Source: Albugo candida (taxonomy: Eukaryota). From it: DNA of 64,000 nucleotides. The notes under the pieces were generated by a model. That model was not told the DNA's origin. It worked only from the letters and a program-made list of their open reading frames with translations, and did not search any database. Shown piece after piece: positions 48,248 to 58,597 of this stretch. Numbering within the stretch: position 1 is the first letter of the stretch; every line of letters begins with the position of its first letter. Where the stretch lies: assembly GCA_040437565.1 (NCBI GenBank), contig JBDOQK010000073.1, positions 1-64,000 on the forward strand, in the 5' to 3' direction. Position numbers and translations under genes: made by a program.

Positions 48248-49348
48248 ATGAAGTTTATCAATCAGCAATTTTGCTTTGTTTTCTGCATATCCTGGATACC
48301 AAAGCTTATATATGCGATGTGCACCATTGAAATGTCCATCGTAAAAAACAAATATAACGAGGTACTAGAAGATGATCGGGTAGAAGTCTGTGTGACCATA
48401 GATGGCGCAATATATCCGACAATGACATGTAAACCCGAATTGATTTACAAACCTGAATTCTTCTACAATGATCTGGCAGAGCTTTGTCGTTTGCTTCCAA
48501 CTGAGGAATTCGTTGCAGGTGAAACTAGTGGCCTGATCGATTATGATGAATTGGGAGAGACTGCATACGTAATACAGGACAATAAGTATAATGAAGATAT
48601 GGTATACAAGTCGGTCATACCTGGTAAAGAAAAAACATTGCCCTTCTTCGATCTTCTCGTAGTCCAATTATTTGATAAATTCAAACGCCTCGATAACCTC
48701 TTTTTCGTATGGCCGAATCCACTGAAGCCAACGTTATACGCATTTTTTAAAGAGGGAGTTCATAAGGACACGAGAACTATTGCATTTAAGCATACCGCTA
48801 TTATTGAGCATACGCAGCAATTGTCTACTGGAAAAATGGGTCCTTTTGTAGCAACTGTCATGGTCAGTCATGCAGGGAGCCACTTCTCTTCAGCAGAACA
48901 ACAAAAAGTGTATTTCGACTATACCAAAATATGGAGCGTTATACCACATTCAGTATTAGAGCTCTTCTTTGACGCTTTTGCTCATACATGCCGTGGACTG
49001 GACCCATATGATTTTGATTGCGCAGCAACTTGCAAAGAGGATTTGCCGTCCATTGACTTTGTGTTTGACCATCGTCCTGGCAGCGAACCGCTCAACACGA
49101 GATTTGAGCACGGAAGTGACCCAGTAACACTCCAATTCAAACCTCGTTATTATATCACGGCTCGACGCGAGTCCGAAAAGAAATGCTATATGGCATTAAG
49201 ATCCAGAAAAGAAAAAACCACGGAGGAAAAGGGGGTTGAGTCTGACTGGGTGCTCAGCTCTTTATTTGCCAGGCGATACCCAACAATATTCAAGATGGAT
49301 AAGGGTACATATAGAAGAGATATCTACTTCTATATCGTCATATTGTAA
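48248..49348 (+). CDS. Secreted pepsin-like (aspartic protease fold) protein with degenerate catalytic motifs
   Basis: Intronless with a signal-like N-terminus. C-lobe motifs LPSIDFVF, LQFKPRYYI, KCYMAL and DWVLSSLFARRYPTIF resemble the pepsin LPxIxF/LxPxxYI/C/WILGDVFLRxYYxVF pattern. Confidence 0.7.
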   Translation: MKFINQQFCFVFCISWIPKLIYAMCTIEMSIVKNKYNEVLEDDRVEVCVTIDGAIYPTMTCKPELIYKPEFFYNDLAELCRLLPTEEFVAGETSGLIDYDELGETAYVIQDNKYNEDMVYKSVIPGKEKTLPFFDLLVVQLFDKFKRLDNLFFVWPNPLKPTLYAFFKEGVHKDTRTIAFKHTAIIEHTQQLSTGKMGPFVATVMVSHAGSHFSSAEQQKVYFDYTKIWSVIPHSVLELFFDAFAHTCRGLDPYDFDCAATCKEDLPSIDFVFDHRPGSEPLNTRFEHGSDPVTLQFKPRYYITARRESEKKCYMALRSRKEKTTEEKGVESDWVLSSLFARRYPTIFKMDKGTYRRDIYFYIVIL

Positions 49349-49668
49349 AACTGTGTTCATGATTTGGCCACTTCCTCTTGGAAATTTGTTGATAGCGAAT
49401 AATCTTAAGTTTTGGATCTCTTCTCTTTTCTTCTTGTGTTGCTTTGGTGCTATCTGTTAGATCTGATNNNNNNNNNNNNNNNNNNNNNNNNNNNNNNNNN
49501 NNNNNNNNNNNNNNNNNNNNNNNNNNNNNNNNNNNNNNNNNNNNNNNNNNNNNNNNNNNNNNNNNNNCTAATAGTCTTGTATGAAATGATTATATGCGCT
49601 CTGAATATAAGGAGCTAAGTAAGGTTATTTTCAACTTAGAAAAAGTGGTATTGAGCTTTTAGACGCTA

Positions 49669-51029
49669 ATGTCGTCCAAGACAGATCGATTAGCGATTCT
49701 CTCATTCAACGTAAAAATTTTTGACGCACAATGTCATCGAGCAGTGTTTCATTCAACATTATGATCAATTGTTGTAGATTTTTGCTCGCCCCGAAGGCAT
49801 TCACAATGGCGAATGGTTTCATACGGGAGATTTCAAAGATCAACGAATTTCGTATTTATTGCGCAAATTGGAAAATTACGACGTGGTTCTACTCCAGGTT
49901 TACTCTTTCATCTATTTGATGAAATTTTGATTAACGAACCAACGTAGGAAATGTTTGAAATAGGTTTTCGTCAGCGAAGTTTTATACGACGAGCGTATGA
50001 ACTCGGTTTCAAATATCACTCTGGTTCCGTATGGGTACGACTGTTTAGACACACTCTGTATTGAAAAAAAAAATTTAATGTACAATTTCGTAGCCGACCG
50101 TCACAGATAAACTTCTCATTGATGGAGGTTTGCTTATAATAAGCCGATTCCCGATAATCGAACGTGATCGTATTACGTTCGAGCGCGGGCTGGGAGCGGA
50201 TGGAGTATGTGCCAAAGGCGTACTTTACGCCAAAATTCAGCTTTCCAGCCGAACATCTGAATTCATGCATGTTTTCACGACTCACACACAAGCAGGCGAA
50301 AGCCTTGACACATGGACCGTGCGCCAGCATCAACTGATGCAGCTGATTTCATTCGTTAAAAGCAGGGTGGACAAAGATAGGAGCAAACCTGTACTTCTCA
50401 CTGGCGATTTCAACCTCGATGCACGACATAATGTTACACATCAAGGCAAATACGACGTCGAGTCGGTTTTGTGTTCTGAAAGCGAGGTGTACAAACAATT
50501 AGTGCACAATCTATCCACCGCATTGGATCATCGCGACGTTTTGGATCTAATGAAAAATTACAACACGAAATCTAAAAGCGAAAGTTGCGTGCATCCAATA
50601 ACAAACGGGCATGGACACGGTCGATTGTTTCACTCGCTCAATGTCAAGGATCGGTATGTGGACGGAAAATGTATCGATTACATGTTTTTCTGTCCATCAA
50701 AGGATCCGACTCAGATTGCAAATTTGGAGATTGTGACAAGCAAGACACAAATCGACTTTTGTGGAATCGGTGACACGCTCTGTTTGAATCAGGCGGTGCC
50801 AATCACTCACATTTCGGATCATTATGGATTGAGCGCCGAATTCCGTCTCGATGGGAGTGATGGCAGCACATCGATCAAAGAGCTGCAAAAAAAGTACCCG
50901 CCTCAATTGTATTGTGAAAAGCCTCCGGTGTTGTGGCAACTGAAAGTATACGCTTTGCTTCTTCTCAGCATCGTATCTGCATTCGGGCTATTGTTCAAAG
51001 TGTTTGCATTTCTGGGCGGGTTGTTCTAG
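49669..51029 (+). CDS. Neutral sphingomyelinase-like EEP-family phosphodiesterase with C-terminal TM; exons 49669-49710, 49778-49897, 49948-50034, 50094-51029
   Basis: LSFN, YDVVLLQE, DGGLLIISRFPI, KGVLYA, TTHTQA, GDFN, IDY and SDHYG motifs. Three in-frame GT-AG introns. Confidence 0.88.
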
Positions 51030-51069
51030 TAGACTCAAGACAAAACGTTATCATATATATATATATTAA

Positions 51070-52414
51070 TCAAGCTTGAAATGCTTTTTCGAAATACGCG
51101 ATCAAATGCTGAGCGACTGCGAAGGAGAAAACCAATTTTGGTCCCACAACACTTAATTTTGGCATTAGTCCTTTGAAAAGAGCACTGGCTCCTTCCTGTT
51201 GTATCAAATTGCGCACGATTGACATCCCGGATTCAGGCGAATTGTAGGGACGCGATTGAACTCGAGTTTTGATAACGTCCAAAGGCTGTGCCACTATCAA
51301 TATGTAAGTATACGTTTAGAAGTATACAACTTTGAATATTGCGAGATCGTACCAAGAATGCTAGCAGAAGCTCCGAAAATGGAAGCGACAAAATTCTGGA
51401 AAAATGTTGCATCACTGAAATTTTTTAGCTGAAAGAAGTACTCTTTGCAGACGGCTGAGCCACCAAAGAGTGCAAAAGAGCCTGGCGCATTACGTGCAGC
51501 AGTCCATCCAGCTCCGCGGTACAATGCAAATCGCTCTTGCTTAAAGATCTCAATGATACCACGACCAGCGATAGCTGCTGGATTCGTCTGGGCGCGAATT
51601 TTGAGCACGTCTAGCGGCAGGAGAACGATTTCGCCGACGCCAATGAGACTTCCGGCGGTTGCGTGTAGCATTGTTTTTGCATTACGCTCGCCGAATACGT
51701 TCTCAAAGGTTTTTTGGTGGTGGTTGGCCATATAATCTTTCACAATTGGCTGTCCTCCGAACTTATAAATTCGCTGCGAGACTTTATACCCTGCAGCAAA
51801 CCCAAGACCTGGAAATNNNNNNNNNNNNNNNNNNNNNNNNNNNNNNNNNNNNNNNNNNNNNNNNNNNNNNNNNNNNNNNNNNNNNNNNNNNNNNNNNNNN
51901 NNNNNNNNNNNNNNNNCGAATTTTGAGCACGTCTAGCGGCAGGAGAACGATTTCGCCGACGCCAATGAGACTTCCGGCGGTTGCGTGTAGCATTGTTTTT
52001 GCATTACGCTCGCCGAATACGTTCTCAAAGGTTTTTTGGTGGTGGTTGGCCATATAATCTTTCACAATTGGCTGTCCTCCGAACTTATAAATTCGCTGCG
52101 AGACTTTATACCCTGCAGCAAACCCAAGACCTGGAAATAAAGAGCGGTAGCGCTGTATTAAGGGCTTCTCTGATGCATCGCGAAAAATCACATTGGAAAG
52201 ATCGTGTATACTCGTGACCTGTAAATTAGTAGATTGATATGCATACGGAGGATGTTGCACGTACTTTGTTTATGTTGGTCATCAGACGTTTGGCTACGGT
52301 ATCGACAGGATGGAATATCATCAGTTCTAAGACACCTGAAGTGGTAGACCCCAGCAGGCGTGCTGCCATTTGATTTGTGTTACTGATATGCTTTGTATCA
52401 GAAGAAGCTCCCAT
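51070..52414 (-). CDS. GGC1: Mitochondrial GTP/GDP carrier-like protein (multi-exon; 322-nt overlap artefact)
   Basis: Three PxD-type carrier signatures. ARLLGS..FHPVDTVAKRLM, LFPGLGFAAGYK..QRIYKFGGQP and ARNAPGSFALFGG closely resemble yeast Ggc1/Yhm1. Confidence 0.88.
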
Positions 52415-52600
52415 TTATACCGTCACGTGATTTCTTCTGAACTGAGATGCCGTAGACTGGTGGTCGTTTTGAGTTACGTTCGTGCAACATTATCAAGCAA
52501 CATTTATTCTCGAACGGCCCGTTCACCAACATGCATTGAAAATTACAAAAACAACTAAATTAAATGATCTCACAACATCATAGCCAAGCATGAACCGAAT

Positions 52601-53125
52601 TCATGCAGCTTGAATCGAAGCATTCTCAAGGCTTTCGACTTTGCACTTTCCGGCACTGGTCGATAAAGGGTAGAATCCCTTGTACAGTACTTCGTGTTTT
52701 TTATTTGTTTTGATATCTTTGCCCACAGACTCCCATACTTTATACTTTTTTAAATGCAGTGCTGTCATGGGTTCGATGACATCTTCTCCTTTCGCGACAA
52801 TCCTTTCGCCAACAGATGCTTCCTGAGGAGGCTCCACCAATTCCATTCCACCTTTACCATTGCCCACCATCAGAATCTGTCCACGGGAGCGATGTTTTGC
52901 GATTTTTGTAGTGCGTAGATTGCATAAGACCACAACCATTCGATGAAGTACTTCTTCCTCAGTAAAGTATGGTTGATGCTCAGAAACTATTTCCAAAATC
53001 TCTTCGGTACCCACTTGTACCTTTTCAACGTAATGCTTCTCAGAAGTCGGATGCTGCTTCACTTCCACAACCTTACCCACGCGAACGTCCAAATTGGAAA
53101 ACAAAGACGACTGACCTAGCGCCAT
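52601..53125 (-). CDS. Stand-alone EMAP-II/Arc1-like tRNA-binding OB-fold protein
   Basis: LDVRVGKVVEVKQHP, VVVLCNL, SRGQILM and ELVEPPQEASVGERI. Confidence 0.85.
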   Translation of the reverse strand: MALGQSSLFSNLDVRVGKVVEVKQHPTSEKHYVEKVQVGTEEILEIVSEHQPYFTEEEVLHRMVVVLCNLRTTKIAKHRSRGQILMVGNGKGGMELVEPPQEASVGERIVAKGEDVIEPMTALHLKKYKVWESVGKDIKTNKKHEVLYKGFYPLSTSAGKCKVESLENASIQAA

Positions 53126-55515
53126 GTTCTCCTTAACGCTGTTTTGCGAATGAATTGAAAGAGCATGCCGACCCGGTGCTTGAAGTTAAATGTGCTTGGA
53201 GGTGATTGGCTTTTAGTTTAAAGTTTTCGATTATGATTGGGCGACGTCTTGCATTACGAGCTGTCGCATATTCCGAAATTTTATCGATGTCATGTATCCA
53301 CGTCATTGGCGCTATATTTTAGCAGCATATTTACTACTATACACCACCGAGCTACTACCACATCAATCCAGGATATTGTGTATTTCTTGCACCAGCGATC
53401 GAATGCGGTTTATAAAATTACTACGTAATAATATTGAGGACGATGTCGTTCCAATCCTCTCCGTTGATCTTGATCTTGCAGTAGAAGCTATCTTGCTAAC
53501 CCTTTTACTTGACAGGACATCCATTTGCACGTTTCTGAGCACCCAATTCTACTGTCGAACTCCAGAAACAGGAGCCTACAAAATCATTGCATCGCTACTG
53601 ACGAAACGTGTTCTGCGACACTGATCCCCTTGGTTGAGTACGCTGTCAACCTCAAAGGCGATCCCTCAGTCATCTGCGCCATAGAATTGAGTGGGTATAC
53701 ACCTCAAATGATTGTTGAGCTGATAAACTTGTTTTATTGTAGCAATAAGACCCCTGACCTTGGCTAAGGAACTGGGGTTGTAGTGTAGAATACATGGAGA
53801 ACACGCATCTGTCTATTGCCAACGCGTCAGCATGATGTCTTTCAAAGGCCAAAACAACTTGATCGAACCAGAGGAATGAAAGCTCGAGAGAATAACGCAA
53901 ACTTATTCGTCACGAGTCACCTGTTCGATCAAATGGCTTGAATGCGTACAAAGCCATTTTGTCGAAATTTCGTGCTGATCTGCAACGACCGCTGGATAAT
54001 TGTCAAGTATAATCATGTTCGACCATTTCGCCAGGATCGCTGCAGACATTGATGGCACGATTCAATCGACAAATCAAAAATTGACCAGATATGGATCAGA
54101 TTAATCTGATACTGACGTGCTAAAAATTGGAATTTACGCAGGAAACTTCAAGGGAGCTGCNNNNNNNNNNNNNNNNNNNNNNNNNNNNNNNNNNNNNNNN
54201 NNNNNNNNNNNNNNNNNNNNNNNNNNNNNNNNNNNNNNNNNNNNNNNNNNNNNNNNNNNNATCAGATTAATCTGATACTGACGTGCTAAAAATTGGAATT
54301 TACGCAGGAAACTTCAAGGGAGCTGCAAGTTGCGCAAGTGGCAAGAGCTTTAGTGATTTACCTGAAGTCTTCTGCTGCGATTAAGGATGCAGACTTATTT
54401 ATAAGCACTACTGCATGATTATAAGTGGAAAAGGCGATGTTGGCGAAATGAGCATTGGTCTGTAAGAAGTAGGCTACAAAAAGCAATTGGAGAGATAAGA
54501 TGTAATATATTTATCATAATTCAGAAAATAGCGCAATTGATCGCACCAATTCAATGACTGACGCATTATGATTGTAGTACAGGTAAGGTAGGGAACACGT
54601 GAGGAGATAAAATCAATGGGTATGTCTCATTTTTTTGTCGTTTGCAATGAGTAAATGGCTACAAAGGACACACAGAATGAGGCGTACGCATTGATTTCAT
54701 GCAACTCACGCGGTGGAAGCGCCATTATGAGATATAGCGGTAAGGTGTACCGTGGAATCCAAAAATAGTGGTAGTGTGCGTACGCGTGCGGTNNNNNNNN
54801 NNNNNNNNNNNNNNNNNNNNNNNNNNNNNNNNNNNNNNNNNNNNNNNNNNNNNNNNNNNNNNNNNNNNNNNNNNNNNNNNNNNNNNNNNNNNTACGACTA
54901 TGGATCCCATTCCATGCTATTTGGCACCAACATGAGTGCAGAAAGGTGTCCTGATTATGATGATGCCACCCTCAATTTGTTCTCCATGAGATTTCCCCCC
55001 TCTTTCCGTAATGTATTCCTTCGATTATGGCACGGGTCCATCGGGACGCAGCCTCGTCACTTCATCAAAGACAACTCCATGCTCCCACAAAAAGATTCGC
55101 TACAATTCACGCAAGTCATTGACTTTATGGGATGTCATTGCCGGCAAACGTTTTTGTTTTGGAAAATCAATGTCGCTGTTCGCGCTAAGCCATTCACGAA
55201 TGCGTCCTGGCTGGATTTTCTCCTGAAGATGATTACACAAATGCAGACGGATTACTTTTCTTCGAGATTACTCGCGAAGTGCCGATAAGGGCTTTTTATT
55301 TGACTTTCATCACGAGAAGTGGAGCGACAGCCGCTACAGTCCAAGTGAGGCTGCCGGCAACATGACCCGCGCAAAGGCATTCAATATCAAATTCATCTCG
55401 ATACGATTACCCTCANNNNNNNNNNNNNNNNNNNNNNNNNNNNNNNNNNNNNNNNNNNNNNNNNNNNNNNNNNNNNNNNNNNNNNNNNNNNNNNNNNNNN
55501 NNNNNNNNNNNNNNN

Positions 55516-55934
55516 TTGAATTATATCCTTCGATGATATCTGCAGATAGCAGTTATAGATAATAACACAGCTGCATATGATAACATGATCACACCTTCAT
55601 CAGCGGGTCGGGCTACCGCATCAAAGACGATTAACTGGTCGTCTTGTTCGGTGAACACGTGGTCAAACTGAAATTCATGAGACACCGCTTCTCTCTACAG
55701 AAAAATATGAGAAATTTGAATACATTCTGATCGCGCATGAATAGCGCACCTTGCAGTATACGATGTTCTCGCTTGTTTGAACACATTTGCGTTCTTTTTG
55801 GTTATATTCTTTCGCGTTGAAAGGTCTTAGTCGGCAACAAACGCGAACGTTGCCATTTTGTCCGTGCTATTAAGTCATTGGTGTTAGAGATACATCTTTA
55901 TGAATGGTCATCAACTTACTTTTGGAGTCACCAT
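55516..55934 (-). CDS. 5' end of a kinesin gene (4 exons) truncated at an assembly gap
   Basis: Exons 55934-55920, 55866-55750, 55694-55595 and 55539-gap splice in frame to MVTPKHGQNGNVRVCCRLRPFNAKE...HEFQFDHVFTEQDDQLIVFDAVARPADEDIIEGYNS. Confidence 0.85.
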
Positions 55935-58399
55935 AGGGGTTCTATTTGATAGCTTTTGTCTGCCTTCTCAATTATTAATACATTTACAGGAACCAGCCAA
56001 TGAGAGCATGTGAATTGAAAATAACTGATTAGCAATGGATAAAGACATCGTGTATTTGACGAATCAAAACGTGGCAGCAGTATCTGCCATTTTCTAATCA
56101 TGTAGCAGTAGCTCTAGTGGCAACATGGATGGTAAAGTAGCCTGTAGCAATTGTCAAAGCTTACGTTATAGCGCAACTTGCATAATTTTGCTCGCACATC
56201 GTATCCGTTTGAATCTACTGCAAAATGAATGACGTCGCGATGACGTTAATAAAAGAGAGTGCCTTCCCGCCCCAGCGTTGAATAGCTCTAATGTATCGAT
56301 AACACAGGGCCTCCGATCGCTTCTTAAGTGAATATGGTACTCACTACGATTCTAAATGACAAGAACTAGGGTAAGAAGCCAAATTTTTTTTTAGTTCTGA
56401 ATTTTATTCAATCTACATCTAAGCTCAACATTATCTATACACTGAAAAGACGGCATAAGTAGATTTTGGCGATAACGTACTTTGTTTGTGCCAGAGTGCA
56501 CTATATATTAAGAAGCGGATTACCAGCCAAACACTTTAGCATGCGTCATGACACTGCACTGCTTTGGACCAAGTATTCTATGTCGCATTTGGTCTTCCAA
56601 AAAGAAATTTATTGTAGCTAAAAAGAAGAGGTAGTTAGTAGCGAGAGAACTTTTCGACGACTGCACTATCCCTGGACATGTAACCGGACGCTTTCGCCAC
56701 TCTAGTGGGCTGCGATTAGTGAATTTGCCTATAAGAGATTCTTACCAGCAGGCCATCAAATACTGGAAATTGAGCGGCTTCATCACCTGAGAAGGCTAAG
56801 CATACTAACGCATAAAGGGCCTAGAAGCCACTGGATATCAGGCAGGATTGGTTGGACATTCTCTCGGTTAGGCCCCGGATTCTGTGTCAGCAATCATGTT
56901 GTCCCAATAATCCAAGTATATAATGCTTTTGTTATAGTCTTCCACGTTGTACTATGTCTACATGGCCCGCGGATCGATGCAAAGAGATCATCTAAAGTAC
57001 AGAAAACTAGAAAAAGACACCTCATCTAGCCAGCATGGTTTAGTTCCGGAAGATTATGGACCTTGATTCTGACGTGAACATTTTCTCCGTTTTTTTGTAC
57101 AGCTACAAAAATGGTAGTGATCGATAAGTGCGAATAGCACAGCATAAGATGTTCGGAATCCACTAATATTGTGTATTGCACCCTTATTCAAATGTGAATC
57201 GAATTTAATGTATCGACAAGCACATGCGATCATGATTTTGGCTATCGAGGCAAGCTAGCCGCATCGCCTTGGCAGTAGTCATGAGACTTTGTGGTACTAG
57301 ATACAATTCCTGCAGGATACGTGTAAAATACTTTACACTGTACAGTCATGCGCTTCCCATACTTGCCGCTTGTTGACTATGAAGATTGTACATTATTGCC
57401 ATTCATGGGAATTTAGCACGCGGTTGCTGACGCAAATACGCGCTGATTCGTGACACACGTCCGCGTTTATTCATCCAAGGAGATTTGCTGGTAGCCACTC
57501 GCTNNNNNNNNNNNNNNNNNNNNNNNNNNNNNNNNNNNNNNNNNNNNNNNNNNNNNNNNNNNNNNNNNNNNNNNNNNNNNNNNNNNNNNNNNNNNNNNNN
57601 NNNCTGCAGGATACGTGTAAAATACTTTACACTGTACAGTCATGCGCTTCCCATACTTGCCGCTTGTTGACTATGAAGATTGTACATTATTGCCATTCAT
57701 GGGAATTTAGCACGCGGTTGCTGACGCAAATACGCGCTGATTCGTGACACACGTCCGCGTTTATTCATCCAAGGAGATTTGCTGGTAGCCACTCGCTACC
57801 GTGACAAGCTAAAATATAAATTACATGTATTCACGTGGAAATCAGTATCAGAAGATGTTTCTTCTGAACAGCGGTTACTTCGAATCTGGACGAACGACGC
57901 TGTTATTACTAGGTGAGATGTGGCCGCTAGATTGCATACAATAGCACGCTGACAATGAGGAGGTCAAGATCTTATTCGTGTTAGTCCAGTCAATGTTGCG
58001 TCCGATGCACACAGTGTGATCCTACTACAAATCACGAGATAGACGGATTATCCAAAGTCCGAATGATGCGCCATATCAAGTCATTCAAAGAACGCTGGAT
58101 ATAGGATAAACTGCTTCGCTTCTGAAATGTTCCTACAACACAGTCATAATGACTTAGTGCGATTACTTCTCTATGCTCTGTATGTAAATCTTAAATTGTA
58201 TTTTCGAATTACATGACTCTGATTTGGTCAAAAGCTCTTTGCATCTTAATCATCTGGTGCTGACAAGAACCATTTCAAACAATCAAAAGCTGCTCGAAAT
58301 CCTAAACATCATTGCGTTTGAGCCGCGTTCTAACCAAAGCAATTATAAAAATTGTCGCCAACCTTTGAATTCGAATGTGTATTAATGTCTTAATTAAAA

Positions 58400-58597
58400 T
58401 CAACTTAGTTGGGTGCGACTAGAACGTAGTTGATGCGGTTGATGCACATGACGTATTCGTCCGTGCAATTCTGTGATGATTTCTCCATCCGCCATTCTCT
58501 TCATATTACCGTTCGCTGACACTGTTACATAAAGTTGGTTAAAGGTGAGTGAAATAGCCAAAAGAAGTTTGATAGATGACAAAAGCGTCGCCGTCAT
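58400..58597 (-). CDS. Candidate small secreted protein (65 aa)
   Basis: Signal-like MTATLLSSIKLLLAISLTFNQLYVTVSA, with an Inr-like TCTCATTTC ~25 nt upstream and ATTGG boxes further upstream. Confidence 0.5.
   Translation of the reverse strand: MTATLLSSIKLLLAISLTFNQLYVTVSANGNMKRMADGEIITELHGRIRHVHQPHQLRSSRTQLS

Noticed and set aside
54095-54110. Perfect 16-bp palindrome ATCAGATTAATCTGAT (repeated at 54261)
   Set aside because: The second copy is an overlap artefact, and there is no TIR/TSD context to call an element.
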